The notes beneath the pieces were generated by a model. The model did no database searches. It saw only the letters and a program-made list of their open reading frames with translations, and was not told the origin of the DNA. Shown in pieces: positions 41,404-52,449 of a stretch of 64,000 nt of DNA. This DNA comes from an uncultured Acidobacteriota bacterium (GTDB lineage Bacteria; Acidobacteriota; Blastocatellia; RBC074). The stretch lies in contig CAWCKY010000006.1 in assembly GCA_963796275.1 (NCBI GenBank), positions 224,001 through 288,000 on the forward strand, written 5' to 3'. Numbering within the stretch: position 1 is the first letter of the stretch; every line of letters starts with the position of its first letter. Made by a program: the position numbers and the translations under genes.

Positions 41404-42135
41404 GTTACTGTAAATAAGTAAGAAGGGGAATTTGGCATCACGTTCAAGTTGGCACCGGTTCAGCCAGAGCAAGGTCGCGCCAACTCACTCCACAGACCTC
41501 TTAACAGGAAAACCGGCACCGGAAAGGAACTTCTTCGCCCATACCATCAACTCCCGGTAGCTTCTGGAGTTGATCGAGCGGACATACAGGCGGGTGGAAA
41601 GCGAGCACGGGGCGGTAGCGATCCTGGGTTTACGGCCTCGGACGACTGAAGCAGTTAGGCATTCGCCGACCTCTATCGCCTAAGTAGGGGGTAATGCGCG
41701 GCAGGCTTAATTCGTGTTTCCCGCGCTATCCCGCAACTTCTGTGAAATGTCAGAGGGCCAGTCATGTATGGTCGATTGATAATCCGAGCATAGGTGACAA
41801 TTGCAAATGGTAAATGTCAGCTGGCAAATGACAAATGCAATTGGCCTGGGGCTTGCAACATGTCTGGTGTGTGGGGTAACCCACGATTACGAATTGGAGA
41901 TAATGGATCATCCAACCGCGCTGACATCCGCCCTTCGATACAGGGAGGCAGATCGAGCATAGTGAAGTAGTAAATGGGTACTGCAAGGTTTGACTGGGAT
42001 ACGGCGTAGCGGCGGTCCAGAGATCATGGTCTCGTGAATTACTATCCTTTCAGAGGAGAGAGCACTATTCAACTTGGCGGCGGCCACAGGGCTGCTGCCA
42101 AGTCTTTTGTCGGTGTGACTTAAATTGGAGGAACT

Positions 42136-42774
42136 ATGAAACCTGCGAGGATCATATTAGCCGATGAACACACCATATTGCTGGATGCCCTCAAGAATTT
42201 GCTCCAACCCGAATTCGAAGTGGTTGGGGCATTTACCGACGGGCACGCATTGCTTGAGGCTGCGCCAGGGCTTAGTCCTGATGTGATTGTACTTGACATC
42301 GGAATGCCAACGATGAATGGGCTGGTCGCGGGCAAAAGGCTGAAGCAGGTGATGCCGAGAGTCAAATTGATCTACTTGACGATGAATCAGTATCCCGATG
42401 TGGCTGCCGAAGCTCTGCGATTGGGGGCGTCGGGATATATTCTCAAGAACTCAGCTGCTTCAGAACTTATTATCGCAATACGCGAGGCGCTCCTCGGTAG
42501 AACCTATGTGACGCAACTGATGAATAAAGATATTGTCGATTCATTCATCCTGAATCATGTGGGAGGGAAGATTCGCAACAGACTTACCATACGTCAGAAA
42601 GAGGTGCTCCAGTTATTAGCCGAAGGCCGCACGATGAAGGAGGTGGCCTACATTCTGGACATCACTCCGCGGACCGTTGCTTTCCATAAGTACACCATGA
42701 TGGAACAGCTTCAGATCAAGTCCAGTGCGGAATTGATCCAGTTTGCAATGAAGAGTTCGATGTTACCCGCTTAA
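42136..42774 (+). CDS. NarL/LuxR family response regulator
   Basis: Receiver domain (VLDIGMP, GASGYILK) and LuxR HTH LTIRQKEVLQLLAEG..TVAFHK. Confidence 0.95.
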   Translation: MKPARIILADEHTILLDALKNLLQPEFEVVGAFTDGHALLEAAPGLSPDVIVLDIGMPTMNGLVAGKRLKQVMPRVKLIYLTMNQYPDVAAEALRLGASGYILKNSAASELIIAIREALLGRTYVTQLMNKDIVDSFILNHVGGKIRNRLTIRQKEVLQLLAEGRTMKEVAYILDITPRTVAFHKYTMMEQLQIKSSAELIQFAMKSSMLPA

Positions 42775-43058
42775 ACTACCCTCAATATTGCGACAATTGC
42801 TCGATGTGCAACTGTTCGAGTTATCATGTGCGACACCCATGCCACTGTATCAGTTTCGAATCATTCCGATCGGCCTATCAGGCGGGAATATCTATCCTGT
42901 CATTCATTCATGCCAAAACTGGCAAAACTGACAGTATTATTACTACTCGGCCCATCGTAGGATGCATGCTGACGAACTCAGGGCGGCGCACGTTGGCATT
43001 CCGCCAGGCCGTCTGATGAGGCTTCGTATGCCTTCAGAGTTTTAGATAGGAGACAGAC

Positions 43059-43610
43059 ATGAAGATGAACAAAAGAAGCATTGCATTTCCAATATGGATC
43101 GCTCTTTGTGCGGTCGTGTTTTATTGCGCTGGGGCTGCGCAGGCGCAAAGTGTGCATTACAACTTCGTTCCAGGCACCGATTTCTCTAAATATAGGACCT
43201 TCAAAGTGGTTGAAAGCCCGAGCGGCGCTCACCCCAATCAGATCGTTGATGGGCAAATCAAACAGGCTATTGAAACGGATTTGGCCGCGAAAGGGTTGAC
43301 CAGGAGCGACAACGAGAATGTTGACCTGTATGTCACGTACCAGATTGCGATAGATCAGCAGAAACAATGGAACGCCTATGGTACGGGCGGAGGCTGGGGG
43401 TGGGGTGGTGGTATGGCGACGGCGACTAGTTCGACCATCGATATCGGCACTCTAGTTATCGACATGTATGACGTGGCAGCGAAAAAACAAGTCTGGCGTG
43501 GGGATGCAACCAAAACCATAAACCCGGGCAAGAACGAGGAGAAGAACTTGGAGCATTTGCAGAAGGGCATTGCGAAGTTGTTGAAGAACTTTCCACCGCG
43601 CGAGAAATGA
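43059..43610 (+). CDS. DUF4136 domain secreted protein
   Basis: DFSKYRTF, LAAKGL, GTLVIDMYD, VWRG, LLKNFPP. Confidence 0.85.
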   Translation: MKMNKRSIAFPIWIALCAVVFYCAGAAQAQSVHYNFVPGTDFSKYRTFKVVESPSGAHPNQIVDGQIKQAIETDLAAKGLTRSDNENVDLYVTYQIAIDQQKQWNAYGTGGGWGWGGGMATATSSTIDIGTLVIDMYDVAAKKQVWRGDATKTINPGKNEEKNLEHLQKGIAKLLKNFPPREK

Positions 43611-44400
43611 TTGTGTGTACGCAATATTGAGAACCGGAAATACACCACAAAAATCGCAAAAGGACATCAAAAGCAGGTAAAGATGCTGAGTAGGTAAATG
43701 GCGCATATTTCCGTTGAATCAGGTCGACTCACATGCCATCCATCAGCCTCCATCGTTATGTGCTTTTTGATGTCCTCTTATTCCGGTTATTATTCTGGAG
43801 TTGGAGCCGCAAGGACTGGACCCAGAAGTTCCTGAATGTCGTGGAGTCGGTTAAGTGGGTGGGTCACAAGCGCAATATTGGATGGCGAGAGCGTCATTGT
43901 TGACGCTCAAAGGTCGACTCGAGTTTTCAGACTGCTGGGGAGTTGGCAGCACGGTTCGAGTTGTATCTACTAGGTTGAAGAAATACTCGAGCGGACGAGA
44001 GTCTTGCAACTGAGCTCTTCTCCTAAAACCGTTTATGAATTTTTCCAATACCCCAGCACCCGCTACCCGGCGTCCGATCGGGTATGTAGGGTTACGGCTC
44101 CACCACAAAAATGAAAAATTTGGTAATGGCGAGGCTTCTATCCACTACCTACGTTATAGGGTGAGCAAAGAGACCGCTGCAGCCACTAATAAGAGAGCGA
44201 ACTCCTTCTCCAACTTTCGCACCATGACAGTAACCTCCTATATCTAACCTCTGAACAGTTGGAATTGATGGAGGCATATTATTGATCGTCGGTTAGGCTG
44301 CTACTAGGCATTCTGATTGCTGCCATCTCAAAGCCGGGGCATTGGCTAAAACAATGATCGAGACCCGAATTCCCACTGGCAGCGGACTTCGGTACTCCCA

Positions 44401-44739
44401 CTAATCGCAGGGTTTGCGCGGGCACTTGCACATGTCTTTGTGGCAAAATGAGCGGCAGCGGTAGTCTTCCCTCTGGGTGCCGTCCTGGTTACAGTCAGTC
44501 TTGCAGTGGCAGTTTACCTGCTCTTTGTTTGGCTTATGGCTGCAACTTTTTTCTGGGCGTTTGTGTCCGGGGTTGCCCTCTTCCTGGCCAGGCTCCTGAC
44601 CAGGATCTTGCGCCACAGCCAGGTGGCAGCCGCTATGGCTCTCCGTTGTGACGGGCCGCTTCACCAACGCGTTCCCGATGAGCATAGTGATTAGCGCGGC
44701 CAGCAATAATCCTGCGTTCGTTCTCTTGTTCAAGATCAT
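44401..44739 (-). CDS. Small secreted cysteine-rich protein
   Basis: Signal-peptide-like N-terminus, Pro/Gly/Gln/Glu linker, 9 Cys in the last ~48 aa; sigma54-like promoter upstream. Confidence 0.7.
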   Translation of the reverse strand: MILNKRTNAGLLLAALITMLIGNALVKRPVTTESHSGCHLAVAQDPGQEPGQEEGNPGHKRPEKSCSHKPNKEQVNCHCKTDCNQDGTQREDYRCRSFCHKDMCKCPRKPCD

Positions 44740-44796
44740 TGGATATATCTCCGCGGCGAACGAGGCCTCCCGCGTCTCCGCAATGGATGCCTATTG

Positions 44797-44811
44797 GCAA
44801 ATTGTGCGCCA
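44797..44811 (-). promoter_or_regulatory. Putative sigma54 promoter of the Cys-rich protein
   Basis: Minus strand TGGCGCACAATTTGC, GG-N10-GC, ~58 nt upstream of the ATG. Confidence 0.65.
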
Positions 44812-45412
44812 CGACCCATATCTCTCTGGAGAGTCCCGGATAACCAGTTTACGAGCTTAGCGGTTAACGGAGACAGCCTTAACCCATGGTTGTAGATTGC
44901 CAGCTTGATACTTGATGGAAGTTACGTTATGTCTAGGAAACTTTGAAATATCTCAGGACCAGGGGGCAGGGATCTGGACTCACCGCATAAATGCTCGGCG
45001 TAATAGCCTTCTCTATCCAACTCGCGATAAATACGTTGACTGATTGCTGCAACACGTAACATATCAATTAGGTGTGGTGAATCGATGATGTTAACGGGTG
45101 GCGCGCAGATATCCTTTTTAGAAGGGACTGTCAATTCTAACAGTGTTTCGTGTCACGACTATTCCGATAGAATGTAAGCTGCGGATCAGTTATCAGGCTA
45201 TCTCCTCAAGCGGTGAAGACAGGCGCTACTAATTCAAAAACACACCGATGACATGCAAAAGCGATCTCCCAACAGGTTGCACATGGCGCAGAAGTAATTG
45301 GGAAGAAACGCCGGATACTGATCAGTCACAGAGACTGGCTTCGGCTGATAAACAAAAATCATTTTCATCGGATTGAATCCATCATGAAAAAACAGAAAGG
45401 GAGGCCAAAACC

Positions 45413-46963
45413 ATGGCAACAAAACAACCAAATATACTGATTTTGTGGGGCGACGATATTGGCATGTGGAACATCAGCCATTTCAGTCGCGGCCAGATGG
45501 GCTACCGGACACCTAACATCGACCGCATCGCGCAAGAAGGGATGACTTTCACCGACTACTACGCGCAGCAGAGCTGCACTGCCGGTCGCGCGAGCTTCAT
45601 CACGGGCCAGAACCCCATCCGCACTGGCTTGACCAAGGTCGGAATGCCCGGCGCCACTGTCGGCCTCCAGGCGGAGGACCCGACCATCGCCGAACTGTTG
45701 AAGCCGCTTGGTTATGCCACCGGTCAATTCGGGAAGAACCATCTGGGTGACCGCAATGAATATTTACCGACAGTGCATGGGTTTGACGAATTCTTCGGCA
45801 ATCTGTATCACCTGAACGCCGAAGAAGAACCGGAACTGCCGGATTATCCGAAGGATCCGGAATTCAAAAAGAAATTTGGTCCTCGCGGCGTGCTTCACTG
45901 CCTAGCGACCGACAAGGACGACTCGACGGATGAGCCGCGCTGGGGCAAGGTGGGCAAGCAGAAGATACAGGACACCGGTCCGCTTACCAAGAAGCGCATG
46001 GAGACTATCGACGAGGAGATCACTGAACGCGCTCTCGCGTGGATGGAGAAGCAGGCCAAGGCGAAGCAGCCGTTCTTTCTCTGGTACAACTCCACGGCCA
46101 TGCACTTCCGGACGCACGTTGCCGAAAAGAACATCGGCAAGAGCGGGCAGGACCCTTACAGCGATCGGATGGTTGTCCACGACGAGCAGATCGGCATGAT
46201 GCTCGACAAGCTCGATGAGCTGGGCATCGCCGATAACACGATCGTCATGTATTCCACTGACAACGGCCCGGAGAACGACACCTGGCCGGACGGCGCCAAC
46301 ACCCCGTTCCGCGGCCAGAAGGACACCAACTGGGAAGGCGGATGGCGCGTGCCATCATTCATCCGCTGGCCGGGCAAGATCAAGCCGGACACAGTCCTGA
46401 ACGGCATTGTCTCCCACATTGATATGCTTCCTACCCTCCTCGCTGCGGCAGGTGGTGACACTGACATCACTCAGAAGCTGCTCAAAGGCTACAAGGTCGG
46501 TGACAAGACCTTCAAGGTGCATCTCGATGGCTACAACATGATCCCGTACCTCACGGGCGAGGTGAAGGAGAGCCCCAGGCAGTCTATTTTTTACTTTAGC
46601 GACGACGGGGACGTCATTGCGGTGCGGGTTGGCGACTACAAGTTCAATTTGTCGATACAAAACGCCAATACGATGCAACTTTGGGCGGAGCCTTTCAAGA
46701 AACTTCGGCTACCGCATATAGTGAACCTCCGTCGCGACCCGTTCGAGCGGGCCGACTTCAACTCGAACACCTATTTTGATTGGATGGTGAATCATGTTCC
46801 TCAGATGTACATGATGCAGGATGTCGTCGCGGAGCAGATCGAGAACTTCGCGAAGTTTCCGCCGCGCCAGAAACCTGCCTCGTTCAACCTGGACGCAGTG
46901 ATGGCACAAGTAGTAGCCGCAACCGGAGCTGCGGCGAAGGCTGCGGGAAAAGGCGGAAAGTAA
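45413..46963 (+). CDS. Arylsulfatase (Cys-type formylglycine sulfatase)
   Basis: PNILILWGDD, SCTAGRA signature, GKNHLG, STDNG, WEGGWRVP; no signal peptide. Confidence 0.93.
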   Translation: MATKQPNILILWGDDIGMWNISHFSRGQMGYRTPNIDRIAQEGMTFTDYYAQQSCTAGRASFITGQNPIRTGLTKVGMPGATVGLQAEDPTIAELLKPLGYATGQFGKNHLGDRNEYLPTVHGFDEFFGNLYHLNAEEEPELPDYPKDPEFKKKFGPRGVLHCLATDKDDSTDEPRWGKVGKQKIQDTGPLTKKRMETIDEEITERALAWMEKQAKAKQPFFLWYNSTAMHFRTHVAEKNIGKSGQDPYSDRMVVHDEQIGMMLDKLDELGIADNTIVMYSTDNGPENDTWPDGANTPFRGQKDTNWEGGWRVPSFIRWPGKIKPDTVLNGIVSHIDMLPTLLAAAGGDTDITQKLLKGYKVGDKTFKVHLDGYNMIPYLTGEVKESPRQSIFYFSDDGDVIAVRVGDYKFNLSIQNANTMQLWAEPFKKLRLPHIVNLRRDPFERADFNSNTYFDWMVNHVPQMYMMQDVVAEQIENFAKFPPRQKPASFNLDAVMAQVVAATGAAAKAAGKGGK

Positions 46964-47113
46964 ACCGCATTGAACCGCAATGGCGCGGGTCAAATGAAGA
47001 GATACATAACCGGCGGACAGGGGGGCGCCGGGGTATCCGATTTACAAACTGAATGGAAGCATGCCCATTCGTCGCGCACCACTAAATAGAAAATCGCGTG
47101 CGGAAAGAAAAGA

Positions 47114-47172
47114 CCGCGTAAACGCGGAACTCCAAGCGCAAGCGATTTGTTTGGAGTTCCGCCTTCAGGCGG
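47114..47172. repeat. REP-like doublet (two palindromic units in inverted orientation)
   Basis: CCGCGTAAACGCGGAACTCCAA at 47114-47135 and TTGGAGTTCCGCCTTCAGGCGG at 47151-47172. Confidence 0.8.
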
Positions 47173-47254
47173 TTAGAAAATTCATGGTTATGAGGTGTCA
47201 AAAGTACACCGTGATCGTGGCGGCGATAATGAATTGGTATGCAGCGAGATCGAT

Positions 47255-48514
47255 ATGAGCGAGCAAGGGCAAGGTGTACCTGCCGGTTCTTCCGAGGATG
47301 TCCGAGCCTTTTACGAACGATTGCCTTATCCGAGGCCGCTCACCAGCCTGGATGAACACCGTGAACTATACAAGAACCCGGACCATCGCCGGACCCAGTT
47401 CCATCTGATGTGGCCAACCGAGCCGCTGCGCCAAAAACAGGAGATACTCGTTGCCGGCTGCGGCACGTCGCAGGCAGCCAGATACGCGCTTCGCGAGCCT
47501 GATGCTCAAATCACAGCAATCGACATCAGCGAGACGAGTCTGCGCTACACGCGCGACCTCCAGCGAAAGTATGGCCTGAAAAACCTCGATCTCCACCGGC
47601 TTTCGATTGAAAACGTCCGGCAGCTCGGGCGCACTTTCGACCAGATCATTTGCACCGGAGTGCTCCATCACCTGCCGGATCCGGACATCGGGCTCCATGC
47701 CCTCCGTGATGTCCTTAATCGGCAGGGCGCGATGCACCTGATGGTCTATGCAGCGTACGGACGCGCCGGCATCTATATGATCCAGGATTACTGTCGCCTG
47801 CTCGGCATTAGTTCCTCGGATAAGGATCTGCGTGATCTCGGCGCCACGCTTGAGTCCTTACCTATGAACCATCCGCTCAGTAACATGATGCGGAGGGTGG
47901 CGGACTTCAGGCATCCCGACTCCCTTGCTGATGCGCTATTTCATCCAATGGAGCGCGCCTACACCGTACCGCAGCTGTATGCCTGGCTCGAGCGCTGCGG
48001 GATGTCTTTCGGTCGCTGGATGGAGCAGGCCCCATACCTGATCCAATGCGGGATGATAGCTAATATCCCTCATAGCGCGCGTCTGGCGTCGCTTCCGGTG
48101 CCATTACAGCATGCGGCCGTGGAGTTGTTCCGTGGGACGATGGTCAAACACAATGTAGTCGCCTACCGTGACGATCGCGCGGGCGAGAGCCAGCCAATCG
48201 CTTTTGTCGGCGATCGCTGGCGCGAATACGTCCCAATCCGGCTGCCCTGGACCGTCTGCGTCCGAGAGCGGGTGCCACCGGGTAGCGTGGCCGTCTTGAT
48301 CAATAAGGCCCACACCTTCACCGATCTCATTCTCACCGTCAACGCTGTTGAGGATCGACTGCTAGGTGCGATCGACGGGAAGCGAACACTGGGTGAAATT
48401 CTGCAGTTTGTAGGCAAGGGCTGTGACGAGCGCCGAGCCCTGGGTTTCTTTGAGCGGCTCTGGCAATATGACCAGGTGGTGTTCGACGCATCATCGCATT
48501 CCGGTCGCTCGTGA
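47255..48514 (+). CDS. Class I SAM-dependent methyltransferase
   Basis: ILVAGCGT (motif I), AIDIS, FDQIICTGVLHHLPDP. Start taken at ATG 47255. Confidence 0.88.
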   Translation: MSEQGQGVPAGSSEDVRAFYERLPYPRPLTSLDEHRELYKNPDHRRTQFHLMWPTEPLRQKQEILVAGCGTSQAARYALREPDAQITAIDISETSLRYTRDLQRKYGLKNLDLHRLSIENVRQLGRTFDQIICTGVLHHLPDPDIGLHALRDVLNRQGAMHLMVYAAYGRAGIYMIQDYCRLLGISSSDKDLRDLGATLESLPMNHPLSNMMRRVADFRHPDSLADALFHPMERAYTVPQLYAWLERCGMSFGRWMEQAPYLIQCGMIANIPHSARLASLPVPLQHAAVELFRGTMVKHNVVAYRDDRAGESQPIAFVGDRWREYVPIRLPWTVCVRERVPPGSVAVLINKAHTFTDLILTVNAVEDRLLGAIDGKRTLGEILQFVGKGCDERRALGFFERLWQYDQVVFDASSHSGRS

Positions 48515-48759
48515 ACATATGGCTCCTATTGACATGCTACCAAAGCCGGCCAATACTCAAGAAGAGAACCCATTAGAACAGCTTATGCGCAAATAAAAGA
48601 CGACACGATCGACATGAAGGGCACATCCTGGGTTCCTTCATACTGGCAGGAGCGACGCGGCTGGCCTGTTGGCTGGGCAACGCGGCGGGAAGCGAGAGTG
48701 GATCCGATGATCGTACTGCGAAATGATCAGCTAATTATTGACAATGCTAAAGGCGAATA

Positions 48760-50322
48760 ATGGCATCAGAATGTTCATCATCCAAAAACTCTGACGATTT
48801 GGTCAGCGCCTCCGAGGCGACCGAAGATTCGGCAGCATCGCCCGAACTGGATGATACCCATGTTGTAGACGAGCTATCCGAGTCCAATGGCTCCGGCAGC
48901 GGCACCGGAGGGCGGCAAGCGCCCTCTGCCAATAGGCTGGTTGACCGTATTCTGAACCTGCTTCGCTCCGTATCGTTCGGGATTGTTCTGCTGGTGCTTC
49001 TGATCATCGCCTCTATGATCGGCGATATCTATCAAACGAAATTCTTCAACCTGATATTGGCCCTATTGAGCATCAACTTCATCCTGGTGTCGATCGATCA
49101 TCTCCCGGACGCGTGGAGATATATTTTGCACAAACGAGCCACCGTCTCTCCGACATTCGCAATGGCGCAAGACTTCAAGGAGAAGATCGAATTGCCGATT
49201 CTCGGCCAGAACCAGTTGGTCGAGCGGGCGGCGGCAGCGGCCGGGGCGATGAAGTTCACGCTCCGGGTCACCCCGGAGATGACGATGACGACGATCTTCG
49301 CCGAACGCGGCGCCTGGAATCGTCTCGGCAGCTATTCGCTCCACGTCGCTCTGTTAACGATCTTCGTCTCCAGCCTCTGGGATCATTACCGCGGGTACGC
49401 TGGATGGATGTGGATCGAGCCCGAAAAAAGGTCTGACAGAATGGCCGCGCAGATGTTCAACGTCGAGAACGTGACGGCGCAACATGAGACCGACCAGTTA
49501 GAATTGCGGTTGCCCTTTACGGTCGAAGGGCTCGATATTCAGCAGAAGTTGATCAATGACAACCTGTCGATCGACGTAAGCAACACGGTCGACTGGATCA
49601 CCAGGGTACGCATTCATGACCACGAAACGGGGGGGAAGACGGAGGCATCGATCCGCATTAACAACCCCTTTGATTACCACGGCTACCGATTCTTCCAGGT
49701 TGCATTCAGCCCTATGGGAAATGCCCGCACAATCAGATTGAAGGTATCGCTCGCTTCGGGCGGCGCTTCGGAAGAGGTCACCCTCGGGCGCAACAGCAAG
49801 GCGAAGCTCTCTGACGGCACGCAATTGCACTACTTTGAATTCAATCCGAGCTTCACCGTCAATGCCGACCAGGAAGTGGGGGTCACGTCGCGCGACTATG
49901 TCAATCCGGCCGCGCACCTGGCTTATCTCAAGCCGGGAGGAGAGCACGGTGAGATGTGGGCCTTCACTGCGGACTTTATCAATACGATCTCGAACGCGTC
50001 ATTTATTAAATCGAAATTTTTGGACGACGGCCCTTATCGACTGGTCCTGACTGACTTCGAGAAGGTGTCGTACGCACACATGCTCTCGATTCAGCACTAT
50101 CCCGGAACAAAGCTGATGTATGTAGGTTATGCAATCCTCGGGTTCGCACTGATCGGAATCTTCTTCTTTTCACACCAGCGCATCTGGATCGTGGTCGAGG
50201 ACGGGAATATCTATGTGGGCGGGAATACAAACCGCAACCGGCTCGGGTTTGAAGCTCGTGTGAAGAAGGTCATCACACTGATTCGCGAGCCGTGGACTGC
50301 AGAGAATCGAACAATCGAATAG
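48760..50322 (+). CDS. resB: Cytochrome c biogenesis protein ResB/Ccs1 family
   Basis: N-terminal TM helices, FAERGAWNRLG..LHVALL with the conserved His, INNPFDYHGYRFFQ and C-terminal FFFSHQRIW. Confidence 0.8.
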   Translation: MASECSSSKNSDDLVSASEATEDSAASPELDDTHVVDELSESNGSGSGTGGRQAPSANRLVDRILNLLRSVSFGIVLLVLLIIASMIGDIYQTKFFNLILALLSINFILVSIDHLPDAWRYILHKRATVSPTFAMAQDFKEKIELPILGQNQLVERAAAAAGAMKFTLRVTPEMTMTTIFAERGAWNRLGSYSLHVALLTIFVSSLWDHYRGYAGWMWIEPEKRSDRMAAQMFNVENVTAQHETDQLELRLPFTVEGLDIQQKLINDNLSIDVSNTVDWITRVRIHDHETGGKTEASIRINNPFDYHGYRFFQVAFSPMGNARTIRLKVSLASGGASEEVTLGRNSKAKLSDGTQLHYFEFNPSFTVNADQEVGVTSRDYVNPAAHLAYLKPGGEHGEMWAFTADFINTISNASFIKSKFLDDGPYRLVLTDFEKVSYAHMLSIQHYPGTKLMYVGYAILGFALIGIFFFSHQRIWIVVEDGNIYVGGNTNRNRLGFEARVKKVITLIREPWTAENRTIE

Positions 50323-50493
50323 TCTTGTTTTGAGAGAAATTTGATTTTTGTGACTTCAGCGTTGATCCATCAAATAGTTCCAAGACCGACCCAGTCTGAA
50401 CTCCTATAATCCGCCCTCCACCTTCGCTAAATTTGGCGAGATGCGGCGAAAGACGAAGTGGGAAGTAACTTCGGTGCTATGCAAAGGCTCAAG

Positions 50494-51420
50494 TTAATCT
50501 ATCCCATGAGGCCGGAAGGGGTGCCGATCATCTTTTTCCGCCTCTATCCGCCGTCCGTTGATGAAAACTCCCATGCGCTCTTTCACGGCGATGAATTCCG
50601 AGCTGTTAGTTTGATACTCCCGCCGCTCCGGGAAACGCACCAGGAGTTTCTGGACTTCCTCAATGCGGTCTCTATTCATCGGATGTGTGCGAAAGACCTT
50701 CCTCACTGTGCCGGGCATCTTCTTTTCCGAGGCTCGCAGTTTCTCAAAGAAAGATATCAATCCGTTAGGATCGTACCCTGTTTTCCATAAATACTGGGCT
50801 GCCAGGCGGTCGGCCTCTTTTTCTGAACCGCGAGAGAACTTGAAGAACGAGAGCGGAATCACGAGGCCGGCAGCTTGATTTACAAGGAAACCGCCCCAGC
50901 CACCAAAAAATATCAGAGGTATCGCTCCCCAATGGATCAGATCGTTTTTTGAGGCTTGTTCGACTCCGTGCCGTGCCGCGATGTGCGCCACTTCATGAGC
51001 GATCACTCCCGCGAGTTCAGCCTCGTTGTCGACAGCCTCGATTAACCCTCGATTGATATATAGATAACCTCCCGGCAGCGTGAAAGCATTGATGTGTGAT
51101 GAATCGATCACCTTGACCGTAACAGAAACCTTAACGTCCGAGTTGATTACGATATTTTGTGTGACGCGGTTGACGAACTCGAGCAGAATCGGGTCGGTGA
51201 CTAATGCCGAATGCCGATCCATATCAGCAGCCAGTTTCCGGCCGAGCGTTAATTCCTTCTCGAGCGAGTAGAGATTGAGATGCCCTTTATTGATGTCACG
51301 CTTGCCGATCAGTTGGGGGTTATCTTTCTTTTTTAGCGGCTTATCCGCCAGCACAGGTGTGACGACAAGCCAAAAGACCGGCAGCGACAATATAAGCATG
51401 GTCAGATATTTCGTCGTCAA
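50494..51420 (-). CDS. M48 family zinc metalloprotease
   Basis: INAFTLPGG, ELAGVIAHEVAH, FSRGSEKEAD, RTHP. Confidence 0.92.
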   Translation of the reverse strand: MTTKYLTMLILSLPVFWLVVTPVLADKPLKKKDNPQLIGKRDINKGHLNLYSLEKELTLGRKLAADMDRHSALVTDPILLEFVNRVTQNIVINSDVKVSVTVKVIDSSHINAFTLPGGYLYINRGLIEAVDNEAELAGVIAHEVAHIAARHGVEQASKNDLIHWGAIPLIFFGGWGGFLVNQAAGLVIPLSFFKFSRGSEKEADRLAAQYLWKTGYDPNGLISFFEKLRASEKKMPGTVRKVFRTHPMNRDRIEEVQKLLVRFPERREYQTNSSEFIAVKERMGVFINGRRIEAEKDDRHPFRPHGID

Positions 51421-51435
51421 AGCTGATTCTCTCTC

Positions 51436-52289
51436 TCATCGCTCATTAATGGAGCGGCCGAAGCGGTATCGGGCATCTGGTCGGCCCTGACGGCGAGGAC
51501 GTTGCCGCCGCTGAGCTGTCAGTTGCGGGTCGTGAAAGCCTGAGGGGCGTTTGACGATGATCGGCAACTCGACGCTGTCGAGCATGGATTCGTCGTTAGG
51601 ACTGTCGCCGATGCCGATGGTGGTGATCAGGCCAGAGGCGCGAATGAACAAGTCATTGAGAAACTTGACTGCCATACCTTGTCGTAATTGCCCTGCAGAT
51701 GGTAATACCGACCGCCCGTCAAGTATTGCAGACCCGCCTGGATGATTCGTTGCAAGAATTCCCGGGTCTCTTCCGGCGCGGAGTCGGAGAAGCGGAATGG
51801 CTCGCTATATTCGCGGTCTTTGGCACGCTGTGCTTCAACGATAGTCATGGAGCATTCGTGGGCGATCTCCTTGACCGTCATGTCGTTGAAACCGACGATG
51901 CTGATGCCGGGAAATTCAGCGCGAAAACTACGGAAGAGATTGACGAGCTTCTCGTATTGTTCGCCCATTTCGATCACCGTGTAACCTGCCCGTGAAGTGC
52001 TATTCTCGATGGTGAAGGGAAAGTATCCGTCCGGCACATAGATCGCACCGCCGTTCTCCACGATGAATGGATCGTTCACCCCCGTGGCCTTGCGAATATA
52101 TTCGATCTCGGCGCGCGTCTTACTCGAACAGAAAACGATCGGGATGCCTCTTTTCTGCGCAGCCCGCAATGCCGGCAAAGACCTCAGAAACGAATAGTTT
52201 TTTTCATCGAGAAAGGTGCCGTCCAGATCGGTGTAAATAATGATCTTGCTAATCTGACTCATAAATTCAGTAATCCTCTCTCCGTTCAT
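51436..52289 (-). pseudogene. Mannosyl/glucosyl-3-phosphoglycerate phosphatase (HAD-IIB), frameshifted at ~51677
   Basis: TDLDGT, CSSKT, IVENG and REYSEP, then DK-(G)-MAV..GIGDSPNDESML continues in another frame after the loss of one base. Confidence 0.85.
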
Positions 52290-52449
52290 TGTCCGCTTCG
52301 ACCGCCGCCCTCAGCTCCTCCAGGAAATGGGGGAAGGCCGAAGCGACGCGGTTCCAATTGGGAATCAACGGAATGCCGAGCGGATCGTCAAAGAATTTTT
52401 CGGAAGCGATTCTGATTCCGCGGGCGAAAGAGTCCACCGCTCCTTTTCC
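52267..52449 (-). pseudogene. C-terminal 60 codons of a glucosyl-3-phosphoglycerate synthase-like glycosyltransferase
   Basis: A frame missing from the ORF track reads AVDSFARGIRIASEKFFDDPLGIPLIPNWNRVASAFPHFLEELRAAVEADN*, overlapping the phosphatase start. Confidence 0.65.

Noticed and set aside
41449-41465. Sigma54-like TGGCACCGGTTCAGC
   Set aside because: Weak -12 element and no convincing gene close downstream.
43851-44225. Possible secreted-protein gene (SD GGAGG, MVRKLEKEFALLLVAAAVSLLTL*)
   Set aside because: It stops after 23 codons and the downstream frames show no recognisable family; it may be a decayed gene but cannot be supported.
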